A stretch of DNA of 63,437 nt, filler included, from Folioceros fuciformis (lineage: Eukaryota): the NCBI GenBank assembly GCA_049999805.1. It is 4 parts of 4 records of this genome, joined end to end, with 100 filler letters (N's around TTAATTAATTAA, not from the genome) between each part and the next. Parts side by side here need not be neighbours in the genome. Positions count along the whole stretch, not along the records: positions 46,207 to 63,437 come from JBNGIO010006283.1; 3 more parts are not named here. One strand, given 5' to 3'. The translations under genes and the position numbers were made by a program. Within the stretch, counting starts at the first letter, position 1, and each line of letters opens with the position of its first letter. Positions 49,401 to 60,989 of this stretch are shown here, piece by piece. The notes beneath the pieces are model-generated. The model ran no database searches and was not told where the DNA came from. It saw nothing but the letters and a program-made list of their open reading frames with translations.

Positions 49401-52400
49401 AACGCTGATGCCATAATTCGACAGACCCAATGTGGTTGTGTGAACTGGCCACGAGCGTACAAGCTTGCTTTCTCATTGAAGCACATGGTTTGTACAAATT
49501 TCCCACACGAACACTACGAGCAACCACGTGTGACGGTTCAGGCTGTACAGGTTGAATGCGACAGCCTGCGGAGTTGAAGACTATTTCATGACCTGCATCT
49601 GCAATCCGCGCAATAGAAAGAAGATTCCTCATGAAATTAGGTACATGATGCACATTCTCAATACGTGCAGGGTTATCGCCCTGCAATTGAATGTGTAAGA
49701 CTTATTTTCCCTCGATATCATGTGACGTATTGTCACCGAGTGCCACTATATGGCCCTTATGGAGTATAGTGTAGCCAGTAAACCTTGGAAGGTTGTAATT
49801 GAAGTGATGAGATGCACCAGAGTCAAGATAAAGACTCTCATCCTTCGTCGATGAAGTAGCTCCATCGCTAGCCATGAAAGATTGTTCCTGCTGAGGTTGC
49901 TTTCTCATTTGATTGGCTTGAGAGGACTTCTCCTTCTTCGACTCGTTTGCCAACCTGGTTTTACATTCTTTGGCATGATAACCTGGCTTCTTGCAATAAT
50001 AGCAAGATCCTTTCATCGTACGGCTCGTACCATCCTTCTTCATCTCGTCTGTAGACTTAGACTCGTCCTTAGACTTGAACTTCGCCTTTGCTTTGCCTTT
50101 CTTGGTGAAAAGGACGGCGTCAGCAGTCTTCTCTTTCTTGTTTGGAAATTCCAATTCTTCCTGCAAAAGCAATTTGACCACCTCATCCAATGATGGTGGC
50201 TTGTCGCTTGTACGCATCGCGATCGTTGTCTTGAAGGCCGACACAAATGGCTTATAGGTTGATGGTAAGCCACTCAACAACACCACAAGGATCCTTTCCT
50301 TGGTTGGTTTGATGTCCATCGCCTTCATGTGGTCCCCTAAGGTCTTTAACTTATTGACATGTTGCAGGATGGTGTCGCCTGTGGCCATCGTGAAGTTCGC
50401 AAGTTGTTGTTCCAACAGCATCGAACTTACCGTGTTTTTCTTTTTGTATGTATTGCAGAGGGTGATCCAAGCTTCTTGTAACATTGCGCATTCGCTCAAT
50501 TGAGAGAGAACATCATCCTTTGTCGAGGTCTTTCTTTGTGGGTGCAACATCGAGACCCTTATCAGCGAACTTCCATACTCCATCCTTAATAAGAAGCATC
50601 TTTAACTTCCATAAGGTGAAGTTCTTCCCTCCAAACTTCTCCACCACACAAGTTTCATCGAGAAAACGTGTCTCCATGTTCTCGTCTTTTGCAGCCGAAC
50701 AGAATGACTCCCCGACACTATCGTCAAGCTTCACTAACTTGCACAAGGGACACATAGTCCGAACAGGATGACTTCCCTGCACTATCATCAAGCTTCACTA
50801 ACTTGTACAATAGCTTCACTAACTTGCACAAGGGACACATAGTCTGTGTGGCCTTATACACAATGCAAAACAAGCAAAGACATCATCAAGTATGTACACA
50901 TAGTATGTACACAATGCAAAACAAGCAAAGATATTGTCAAGTATGTACACAATGCAAAACAAGCAAAGATAATCCTACATACGCCCATGTAGGCAGCTCC
51001 CGAACCAAGCAAAGATAATCTTGCAACCAAGCAAAGATAATCCTGCAACCAAGCAAAGATAACCCTGCATATGCTCATGCAGGCAGCTCCCAAACCAAGG
51101 GCCTTGTGCTCATGCAGATAGCTCCCAAACCAAGGGACTTATGCTCGTGCAGGCAGCTCCCAAACCAAGGGACTTGTGCTCGTGCAGATAGCTCCCAAAC
51201 CAAGGGACTTATGCTCGTGCAGGCAGCTCCCAAACCAAGGGACTTATGCTTGTGCAGGCAACCCCCAAACCAAGGGACTTGTGCTCGTGCAAGCAGCCCC
51301 CAAACCAAGGAACTTATGACTAAACATGGGGTCTCATGTAGCTCCCAAACCAAGGAACTTGTGACTAAACATGGGGTCTCATGCAGCTCCCAAACCAAGG
51401 AACTTGTGATTAAACATGGGGTCTCATGCAGCTCCCAAACCAAGGAACTTGTGACTAAACCAAGGAACTTGTGACTAAACCAAGGAACTTGTGACTAAAC
51501 ATGGGGTCTCAGGCAGCTCCCAAACCAAGGAACTTGTGACTAAACATGGGGTCTCAGGCAACTCCCAAACCAAGGAACTTGTGACTAAACATGGGGTCTT
51601 AGGCAGCTCCCAAACCAAGGAACTTGTGACTAAACATGGGATCTCAGGCAACTCCTTAACCAAGGAACTTGTGACTAAACATGGGGTCTCAGGCAACTCC
51701 CAAACCAAGGAACTTATGACTAAACATGGGGTCTCAGGCAGCTCCCTGTGACTAAACCACGACCTATGACTAACACGACCCATGTTTAGTCATAGGGTCT
51801 CAGACAGCTCCCAAACCAAGGAACTTGTGACTAAACAGGGCTCTCAGGTAGCTCCCAAACCAAGGAACTTGTGACTAAACAGGGCTCTCAGGTAGCTCCC
51901 AAACCAAGGAACTTGTGACTAAACAGGGCTCTCAGGCAGCTCCCAAACCAAGGAACTTGTGACTAAACTTGTGACAAACTAAGGAACTGTGACTAAACAT
52001 GGGGCTCTCAACTTGTGACTAAACATGGGGCTCTCAGGAAACTCCCAAACCAAGGAACTTGTGATGAATAAACATGGGGCTTTCAGGCAACTCCCAAACC
52101 AAGGAACTTGTGAATAAACACTCCCAAACCAAGGAACTTGTGAATAAACATGGGGCTCTCCAGCAACTCCCAAACCAAGGAACTTGTGAATAAACATGGG
52201 GCTCTTAGTCAGCTCCCAAACCAAGGAACTTGTGACTAGACATGGATGGGGCTCTTAGGAATCTGTTACCGCGTTAATAACACAATTACTTAATACAAGT
52301 ACCAAAATATAGTTTTAATCCAGTGTACTTATCTTAATGGCCTATGCCTATTTATGTAGTCCTAAATGTGGTGCACACAAACTCTAAACAATATGGGTTT

Positions 52401-52407
52401 TCTAACA
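46439..52407 (-). mobile_element. Decayed Ty1/copia element with 136-bp LTRs (46439-46574 and 52272-52407)
   Basis: Minus-strand LTRs start TGTTAGAAAACCCAT; PPT GAGTGGGAG; degenerate PBS CGGTAACAGA. Coding motifs: gag (KFGGKNFTLW, CYYCKKPGYHAKEC), YLDSGASHH, integrase (VDDFTR, QQNGVAER), RT (MYVDD) and RH (CDADW, RTKHIEVKHHFIRE). Confidence 0.93.
50990..52258. repeat. Minisatellite array (33-bp then 39-bp units) within the copia 5' leader
   Basis: Core GCTCCCAAACCAAGG(G/A)ACTT(G/A)TG recurs throughout, with tails CTCGTGCA.. (33 bp) and ACTAAACATGGGGTCTCA.. (39 bp). Confidence 0.95.
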
Positions 52408-52863
52408 CCCTATCCTTTGGCTTGCCAGACGAAGCTTCTTATGACATAAAAGGAAGAAGACATGCTCGGGAAGGACGAACACAAGGAAGCTTCTTTGTGT
52501 TGTACTTCTGGTCGCAAGCTAGGAGGCCACATGCAAAAATATTAAAGTACACACATCCCGTACACTCCTTGGACTGAGCTGTCATACACAGAGGGACTGG
52601 GATACATTATTCTGTGTACTCAGTAGGACTCCAGGTGTCCTGCAGGAGGATTTGTGTGGCCATTTGAATCCCAGAGATATCCCCTGCATTATCTGTATGT
52701 CAGACATCACGATACATGTTGTCTCACACACACCTCGACGTTGTCCAAGCACGAGAGGCATGTTCTGCTGAGGTCTCGCAGCAGCGGTAGGCTGAAACAG
52801 CTCCCTCGACACGAGCTGAAGAAGTCCTAGATTTGCGCTAGGACGCTCACATCAAATCTGGGG

Positions 52864-54070
52864 ATGGCGAAGGTGATGCACTATGATCTCAGCTACTTTA
52901 TACAATGTTGTGACCATTGCAATTGACCATGTGCAGGCTGACAAAAGGTTGTTAACATGTCTAATTTACTTGCTCGGCCTTGCTGACCAGACTGTTCGAG
53001 AGCGCTTCACTGAAGCTGCATCTCGACCACTTGTTCCCGCAAATGCTATCCCCGTTGATGGAGTTGCAACGAAGGACGTGACCATGGAGAAGGAGACGAA
53101 CATTTGGGCTCGTATCTTCCTGCCCGATGGGACATCCAAGAAGCTTCCGGTCTTGCTCTACTTCCACGGAGGAGGTTTCCATTACTTAAGTCCAGATGCC
53201 AGCTTGTTTGATCGATGGTGCCGCGATCTGGCAAAGGAATTGGAGGTGTAGTAATAGATGATGATCCGATGTCGATGGTGACGCACTCGCTCTTGCAGGA
53301 GGAGAGGCATCTGAACTGATGGTATTTTGCCACACTGTAGGTCATCGTGGTTTCAGTCAACTACCGCCTTGCTCCTGAGCATAAGTATCCGGCAGCTTTG
53401 GTCGACAGCTTCAAAGCCATACAATGGCTGAGCACGCACCATCAGGAGCACCTGCCTTCGTCTGCAGATCTTTCCCGCACTTTTCTAGCGGGGGACAGTT
53501 GCGGTGGTAACATTGTGCACCACACTGGAGAAAAAGCAGCTAAATCTAGCCACGAGCTCAATCCACTGTGTATTGTGGGCCACATCTTGTTACTGGTACG
53601 TGTAGCATCTTCCATGGAGGCTTCAGCTTGGACGGACGAACTAACTTACTGACAAGGGAACTGAAAAGCTTGTGTGAATGCAGCCATTTTTTGGAGGAGA
53701 AGAGCGGGTGTCGTCCGAGCTCACCATCCTGAACCCGGAGTTCTTCACACTCGCAGAATGTGATGAAATGTGGAAAGGATATCTTCCAGAGGGTGCCACG
53801 AGGGACCATCCAGGATGCAGGGTTTTCGGACCACACAGCGAGGACGTGACTGACATAGCTCTGCCTCGATCACTGGTGGTGGTGGCTGACAAGGATGTCA
53901 TCATGGACTGGGGATTAAAGTACAGTGAAGACATGAAAAAGCAAGGGAGAGATGTGGAGGTAGAGGTGTTCAAGGGTGCATACCACGCCTTCTACCTTTT
54001 TCCGGATCACCCAGATAGGCCCCTGCTGTTGTCCAATATGAAGCAGTTCATCCATGGTATAGCTACTTGA
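52864..54070 (+). CDS. Carboxylesterase (CXE / GID1-related HSL-family alpha/beta hydrolase), multi-exon
   Basis: LPVLLYFHGGGF, VSVNYRLAPEHKYP, FLAGDSCGGNI, QPFFGGEER, catalytic Asp (DKDVIMD) and His (GAYHAF). Confidence 0.92.
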
Positions 54071-54715
54071 TGGGATGGACACCGTGAGAATTGTGGAAGC
54101 CCCCTGGGCTGTGCAATCTCTCCCATAAGTGACCAGTATCCGAATTGCAGGTACCAACACCACACCATCTCGCGCTTCCTGACCCAGCAGAGCCAGATGT
54201 TTGCTGCACTTTTTAAGGATTGAATACGAGGTACTGTAATGTATATAAATTGCTAGCGGCTTCGATTACCCAGAATGTGATGGCAGATATGAGTCCTTGA
54301 ATATGAGCACCACGGGCCATACGTATGTGCTGTTAGTGTTTCCCTGCGTAAATCAGATTCTTAGCCACTTTAGAGGGTCAGTCGTATGCGGTGTTCGACC
54401 GATCCCGTCCCGACCCGGCTATCAGTTTGCAGGGACGTGTGCTTCCTTGTTCTCTCTGTACTTTTTCTTAAATTAATCAGCACTATCTTACACTGTCAAA
54501 ACGTGAAGCCTCGACAGTATGTTGAGCTCCTTCCCTTTCCAGCCAAGGTGAGTTACAACCTTGCTGGACTCTCCAGGGACGTAACAACATAATGTACACT
54601 CAAAAACAACTTCTCCTTCCGGAATGCCACGGAAGCTGATGGAAGGACGGCTTACAGAAGGAACACCATCACGGGAACTTTCATGAGCTGCTGCCCTGTC
54701 TTTCCAGTCTTCTAG

Positions 54716-57144
54716 TCACGAAAACTTCTTTTCCTTGATGGCTACTCCTTCCCGATACACTTTCAGACTCCATCCGCTGATGAAAAGGCCGAATGCCGTG
54801 AAGGCAGTTACCCAGAACCAGAAGATCCATGGGGGCATGGGTTTAGGATAAAGCCCTGTCAAGCAACAGTAAGCCGGCGACGCCTTGTCAATCTCCTACG
54901 CTGAGGCAAAGGGCAAGGAGTGGCCGAAAAGTGCTACACTGATGCATACCTCTCCCGAATTTCACACAGATCAGCACCTCCACGATGCAGATGGCCAGTG
55001 AAAGCCAGCAAAATGCGCCTACTTTCTTGATTGGCTTGCTGCATCAAACAACAAAGAACGGTGTCAAGGACCACCTGGATACTAATTCACATGGTATTTT
55101 GGAGATTGCAACCATCTCCTGCATTTCGAGCGGAGTGCAGACCTATTCTGGAGAAACGAGTTGTACTCTCGAATTGCAGGATTTGCAATTAGCCACCAAA
55201 CAATTAATCTGTAGGTATTGATTGGGTTCCTTGGTGGTACCCATAGACAAAATTTCAAGAAGAAAGCGTTGACCTCGACCACTAGGATCACCCCAACAAG
55301 GAGCAACACTTGAAGAAACCGCAGCGGCCCTTTGAGGAGATCCCACTCATCCTTGTCCCAATAAGCCGGTGTAAACTGACCCAAGGATCGTCGAACCTGA
55401 AACACCATCACAAGTTCGTAAGTGCAAGAAGCGCGTCTGGAGGTTGTAAGAGCAAGAGCAAGCCAAAGCAAGAGGAGAAAGAGAATGCCAAAGGGCTGTG
55501 CTCACACCTTGGCAAAGGCAGCATACCTTACCAAGAAGAGTGTGCTGACGACTTAACCCCACCCATTCATATGTCTTCCCGTCAAAGTAGCGCACAGTTT
55601 TCATGCCCGCCCAGATTCCTGTGTGCAACAAACAAGCTAACAGTAACAGCCAAACCTTCTTGCTTTTCCTCCGGCACCAGATGGTGCAGAAACCTACCAA
55701 ACAAGTTGCATGTCAACACGTCCAGTATGATGCTGTCCCACCAACACTCGTTGAAATTTGGCAGCATATGGTTGAAAGTCACCTGCAAAATGAGTGACAA
55801 ACGTTGCGGATACGGATAAATACCCGTTTGAGTCAGAAAAACTGCAGAAAATCAATGGGCTCCCTCATAACCATAACAAGATGGCCCAAAGATATTTCAG
55901 TACCCACCTCCATCATCTCGAATCCAATGGACAGCATCCACAATAGAGGAGCATTGCGGACCATTATGGCCTTCCCCCACCAACCCAGTATGTGTGCCAC
56001 CACAAATTCATCAAACAATGTCTCCTACGCAGAAAGGAATTGAAGATGAGAACCAGCCTCCCCTTTGGGCCGAACGTGTTGCTGAGTTGATTGAGAGGAT
56101 CAGAATAAGAGAACACGTGTCGCTGGATGCAGTATTGTACATGGACATTGTTGAAAGGACCCTTGGGATTCTCTGGGGTGTAGACTCTACAATCTGAGCC
56201 ATATGATCTCTCTGGAAGCTCTGCACATACAATCGATTTCGTGAAGGACTTCCGTACACTTGACGACGCCTACAAGATGAGCAGATGAAGACGTGTGGCA
56301 GCATGCACTATCATAGAGGCACAAAAACCATACCAATTCCAAGCTCAGGATGCAGAAACTTCATAAACTGGCGAGCATCTTCACGTTTCTGTAAGGACCA
56401 CCATAGAGATCCAATAAGCATCCCCCATGAAACGCACTCATGTTAGGAGACCAAAAGACTGTTAACAGCAAAGACTCTTTCGGGACTCAATACCTGGAAA
56501 AGAAGAAACGTCAAGAAAACCAGGTACACCACAGCAATACCATGCACCAGTCGCCAAACTGCAGGATGTGGTCTTATTAAAATCCTGCTATGCGGTTGAA
56601 AAGATCAGCAACCTAACCATGACGAAATGCCTCTCAAAATCCTAAGTTTGCAACTGAACGCGGTACAGGGATTGTGGCATTGGTTTACGTGGGTGGTGCC
56701 TGCAGCAAGCAGTAGCCCAGAAACACTGCTATCATCGCCAAAACACCTCTGTTCATGGCACCAACAGTGCCCACTGTTACCACAGACCCCATACAGATGC
56801 CCAAAGAAAACCTTTCAAAACAACAGCTTCAGGTGCTTACGCCCTCATGTGGGCTACAGAGTCGGTTTCAGGTACCTCCACCTGCAAAGCTCCACTGGCC
56901 CATCTGCACCAACAAACAGAGTCAGCTTCACACTGATAAGATCATAGAAAACTGCAAACGAAGTACAAGTCTGAGTGACATACACGAGGGCACAGGCGCC
57001 GAGCAGCAGCAAGGTGAGGGTGCGAGGCTTGTAGAGCCAAGCCGTCCAGGGGTCCAAGTCCTCCACCACGATGACACGCAAAGGGTTGCCATCATCGCTT
57101 CGCGGAACTCTTGCACCCACCGCCAGTTCCGCATGGGAGAACAT
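54716..57144 (-). CDS. PSS1: Phosphatidylserine synthase, base-exchange type, multi-exon
   Basis: [76 protein letters not shown] and [18 protein letters not shown]; stop at 54716. Confidence 0.93.
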
Positions 57145-57428
57145 GGTTGGGAGCAAGGGAAGGAAACAAGAGTCACATCTCTCAAACTGGGACCTTGAGC
57201 TCAACTTCCTCCGACCAACGACTAGTTGATTCTGAATTTGAAGCACAGCAGGAGCATATCCCACTCCGCTCGCCGCCACGGATATATTCCGTCCACGCGT
57301 CACAGTTTGCGGACGTGTCGAGGAAATCGGGTTCTTGACAGCTTGTGAGTTATGGCATCAATCTTCAACCAGCTCTTTAGTCGACTCTGTGTCCCGGCTA
57401 CATCTAGCGTGGACATGCTGAGCGGTGA

Positions 57429-59857
57429 ATGATGGCGGCGCGCATGGCTTGCTACACTCCTCCCGCTGCCCACTGTGCCGAGGTTTGCTTTGGACGCCTT
57501 CAATCTGCGAAGGATTCCCAAGGTGCTCGCGAACTGCGGTGATGGGTCGTGTACGGACTGACCTCGGGGTTCTTGCAGGGCTGGCTTACTGGGGGGCCTG
57601 TTGGAACGACGGGCAACAGGCACCATGCGGTGCGCATGTCTGTCATTTCAGCTCCTCGCGTTGATCAGCAACAACGTAAGCTTAGCGATGCGCTTCAAAT
57701 AGGTGTTCTGGGCGCCAGTGGCTACACCGGGTCTGAGGTATGAGCAGAGGTTGCTGGTTGGGTCTGAGGAATGAGAGCATGAGTCTGACTGACGTCAAGC
57801 ATTGCTGAATTGCAGATTGTCCGGCTTCTCGCTTCACACCCCTTCTTTCATGTGTCGTTCCTGACGGCGGACCGTAAAGCTGGGCAACCCCTTGCTTCTG
57901 TTTTCCCACATTTGGTGGCGCAGGTGAAGCCTGCTTTTCTGTTGATGTGCTCGAAAGGCATGCATGCTGTTTTCCATTGATGCTGTTGGCACTGAACGTT
58001 CCTTTCGGTGGCAGGAGTTACCTGATCTAATAGCAGTAAGGGATGCTGATTTTGCTAAGGTTGATGCGGTCTTTTGCTGCCTGCCCCATGCAACGACGCA
58101 GGTCCACTATCTTTCTACCTTCAAGGCTCTTCTGACAGTTGTAGATCTGGTCTGCAGCTAATTTGCAAGATTTATAGCTTTTGACGTGTGTGTATAGGAT
58201 ATTATTTCAAGTCTACCAAGTGACTTGAAAGTGGTCGATCTCTCTGCGGTGAGTAGGCTCCTTGACCTCGTGTCCCTGTGAGAGCAAGTGCACAGCTTGT
58301 CCTTATTCTGGCTGAAAACCAGTTATCTTGTCCTGAGAATGGAGCAATGTGTGGGTCTGTTCGACTGGGTGATTGCAGGATTTCCGACTTCGTGATGTGA
58401 AAGCCTACGAAGAGTGGTATGGTGGTGCTCATCGTGCGCCTGAGCTTCAGGTAATTTTGGAAACAACTTAAATCTGTTTCCCATCACACTGACGTCAGGT
58501 CAGGTTGTAACTGTTCTTTGTGCTCATTGTCTGTTTGGACGAACCTGAATGTGTGTGCAGAAGGAGGCAGTATATGGGCTAACTGAATTGCACCGAGAGG
58601 AGGTGAAAAAAGCAAGGCTGGTAGCTAATCCTGGTTGCTACCCAACCTCTGTCCAGCTACCTCTCGTCCCATTGCTCGAGGTGTGTTCTTATTTGCCTTC
58701 AACGAAGTGCAATTTGACCGGTTTGGTGGAGGGTTTAATGCATGTGGTATCGTGTGACACTTAATGAGTTTGAAGTTGTTGATCTGTAGGATGGCTTAAT
58801 AGAAAAAGAAAACATAACTATTGACGCAAAGTCTGGAGTCAGTGGTGCAGGTCTGTGGACATATGATGCAGTCTTTTGTCACTGAACAGTGCACATGTAT
58901 GGTCAAAGCTGTTTGATGTTATCTAGTCTCTCTGCCTTAAGTCCGTTTGTTGCTTCCTTCTGCAGGGCGTTCCGCAAAGGAGGCAAACCTGTACACAGAA
59001 ATTGCAGAAGGACTCCATTCTTATGGTGTCGGTCGGCACCGTCACAGTAAGCTTGGGAGATCGTGCGTTATGGTCTTGTTCTATCCCTTTTACTGCCTGT
59101 TTATAAATACTTGTATATCTGTGATGTGCAGTGCCTGAAATTGAGCAGGGTCTGAGCGACGCGGTGGGGTCACAAGTCACTGTCAGCTTCACACCACACC
59201 TTATTCCCATGGTATTTCCATAGAATGTGTGGTGCTGTAAACGCAAGGGCAATAATTCTATCCTACTTAGCCCTGTCTTGGTGCTAATATGGATCTCCTT
59301 TGTTTCCCCAGAGCAGAGGCATGCAGTCGACCATCTACGTACAGTTGAAACCAGGGGTGACAGCGGAAAATCTCCATCAAAAGCTATCGTCACGATTTCA
59401 GGTTTGCATCTCCCTTCCCAGTAATGCTGACCACGATGCAGCCATGGCACATGTCTTTGTCGCATGGTCACGCTGTCTAGCAATGCTGAACAAGTTGTGG
59501 AACTATGCTTGACTGTTTACTGTGGAATCTTCAGGATGACGAGTTTGTCATTGTGCTGCCCAAAGGTGTAGTACCACAGACCCGCAACGTTCGAGGGTCG
59601 AACTACTGTGTGATGAACGTATTTGAAGATCGCATTCAGGGACGAGCAATCATCATATCAGTGGTAAGTAGCTGGCAGGAAGATGCTTGTTCTTCTCACA
59701 GCCCAGTCCTTAATACGCTCATGGGTTGCATTTCTTCTTTGTATGGCAGCTTGATAATCTCGTCAAGGGCGCATCTGGTCAAGCAGTTCAGAACCTGAAT
59801 CTGATGGTGGGCTTGTCGGAGACCTGTGGTCTACTCCAGCAGCCAATGTTTCCGTGA
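57429..59857 (+). CDS. argC: N-acetyl-gamma-glutamyl-phosphate reductase, plastid, multi-exon
   Basis: [72 protein letters not shown] and [16 protein letters not shown]; stop at 59857. Confidence 0.96.
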
Positions 59858-60989
59858 TCAGATTCAGGTTCTGGCCAAAAGATTTTGTGAAGTCATCACC
59901 CTGTGTCAGGTACTGGGTTACATCACGTAGGTCTGAACCTATCGGGAACTTGCAGAACTGTGAAAACTGAGCTTTCCCATTGTCGTGACGGGAAGGCACG
60001 AACGAGCTGTGCCGAGGCAAGCTCTTCCTCCAGCCTTCGCCATCCCTTCCCGTTCATTTTCGTCCTGGCGGGGTGATCTGGGCCCCTGGCCTTTGCTGTA
60101 TCTGAATGCGGTACCGGGATCGTGGCATAGGTTTTCGTGGGCTGTCGAGGCATCAAGCAATGGTTTTGGAACTCTGCAGTCATCGCCAGAACACTCTGTT
60201 TCCCGGACCTCTTTCGCCAGCAGGGGTCCACCATTAGGCATCACAGAATCGTCAACGTGGTCTTCTGAACAGCTTCTTTTTTACCTCCGAATGCTAGACA
60301 GCGAGGACTAGTTCCACGCAGATACTCCACAAAGCATTTCCCCCCCGCGAACCTTCTAGGATTGCGTTACCGCGCGGTCGCTTCTGCGAACGTTCAAAGC
60401 TTGTGGCTTGTGACAATGCATGCACTGACCTTCTTGTAGGTCCCGACGGCAAGCCGCAATATCTTGGAGATCTGCAGTCCGCGTCGCCACGCCGGAAAAC
60501 GCGCCTTCGACTCTGTTGGCTGCCGTCGGCAAATGCCGCACGCTGCAGAAGAAGCCGCTGAGGATGATTCAGCGTCTGGCATTTGCCGATGGCTGTCAGC
60601 AGACGCTGGCGCCTCCCTCCTGTACCCCAAGGTTGGCCGTGATTTGATTATTGGCACATAACCATCACACTCGATGCCAAGCGCAGGTGTTGTTTTCATT
60701 TCCATCCACCGTTCAGTTGTTGCGCGTAGAGTATCTAACCCCAGCTGTCTATCAAGCTGATCCTTGTTTCAGTCTCGCTTCTACAATTGCGTGCTAGAAG
60801 TTTCCCCAGGGTCAGGGCCCTGCTGCGTGTGAGCCACTTGCTCTTTTCAAGGAGCTGCTGCTGGTGAGTGAAGATGCCGGGTTTGATGCTCCGGAGGCCT
60901 TTGTGTGTCCCAGTATGGCGTTTATGTCTTCCAGATCACAGTCAACAAGGCAGGAGGCCTGCTTCAGCGCCGAATTGCCCTTGGCATTT

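Noticed and set aside
50990-52258. CRISPR-like array
   Set aside because: The intervening segments are short and homologous to one another rather than unique spacers; the context is a eukaryotic retrotransposon and no cas genes are present.
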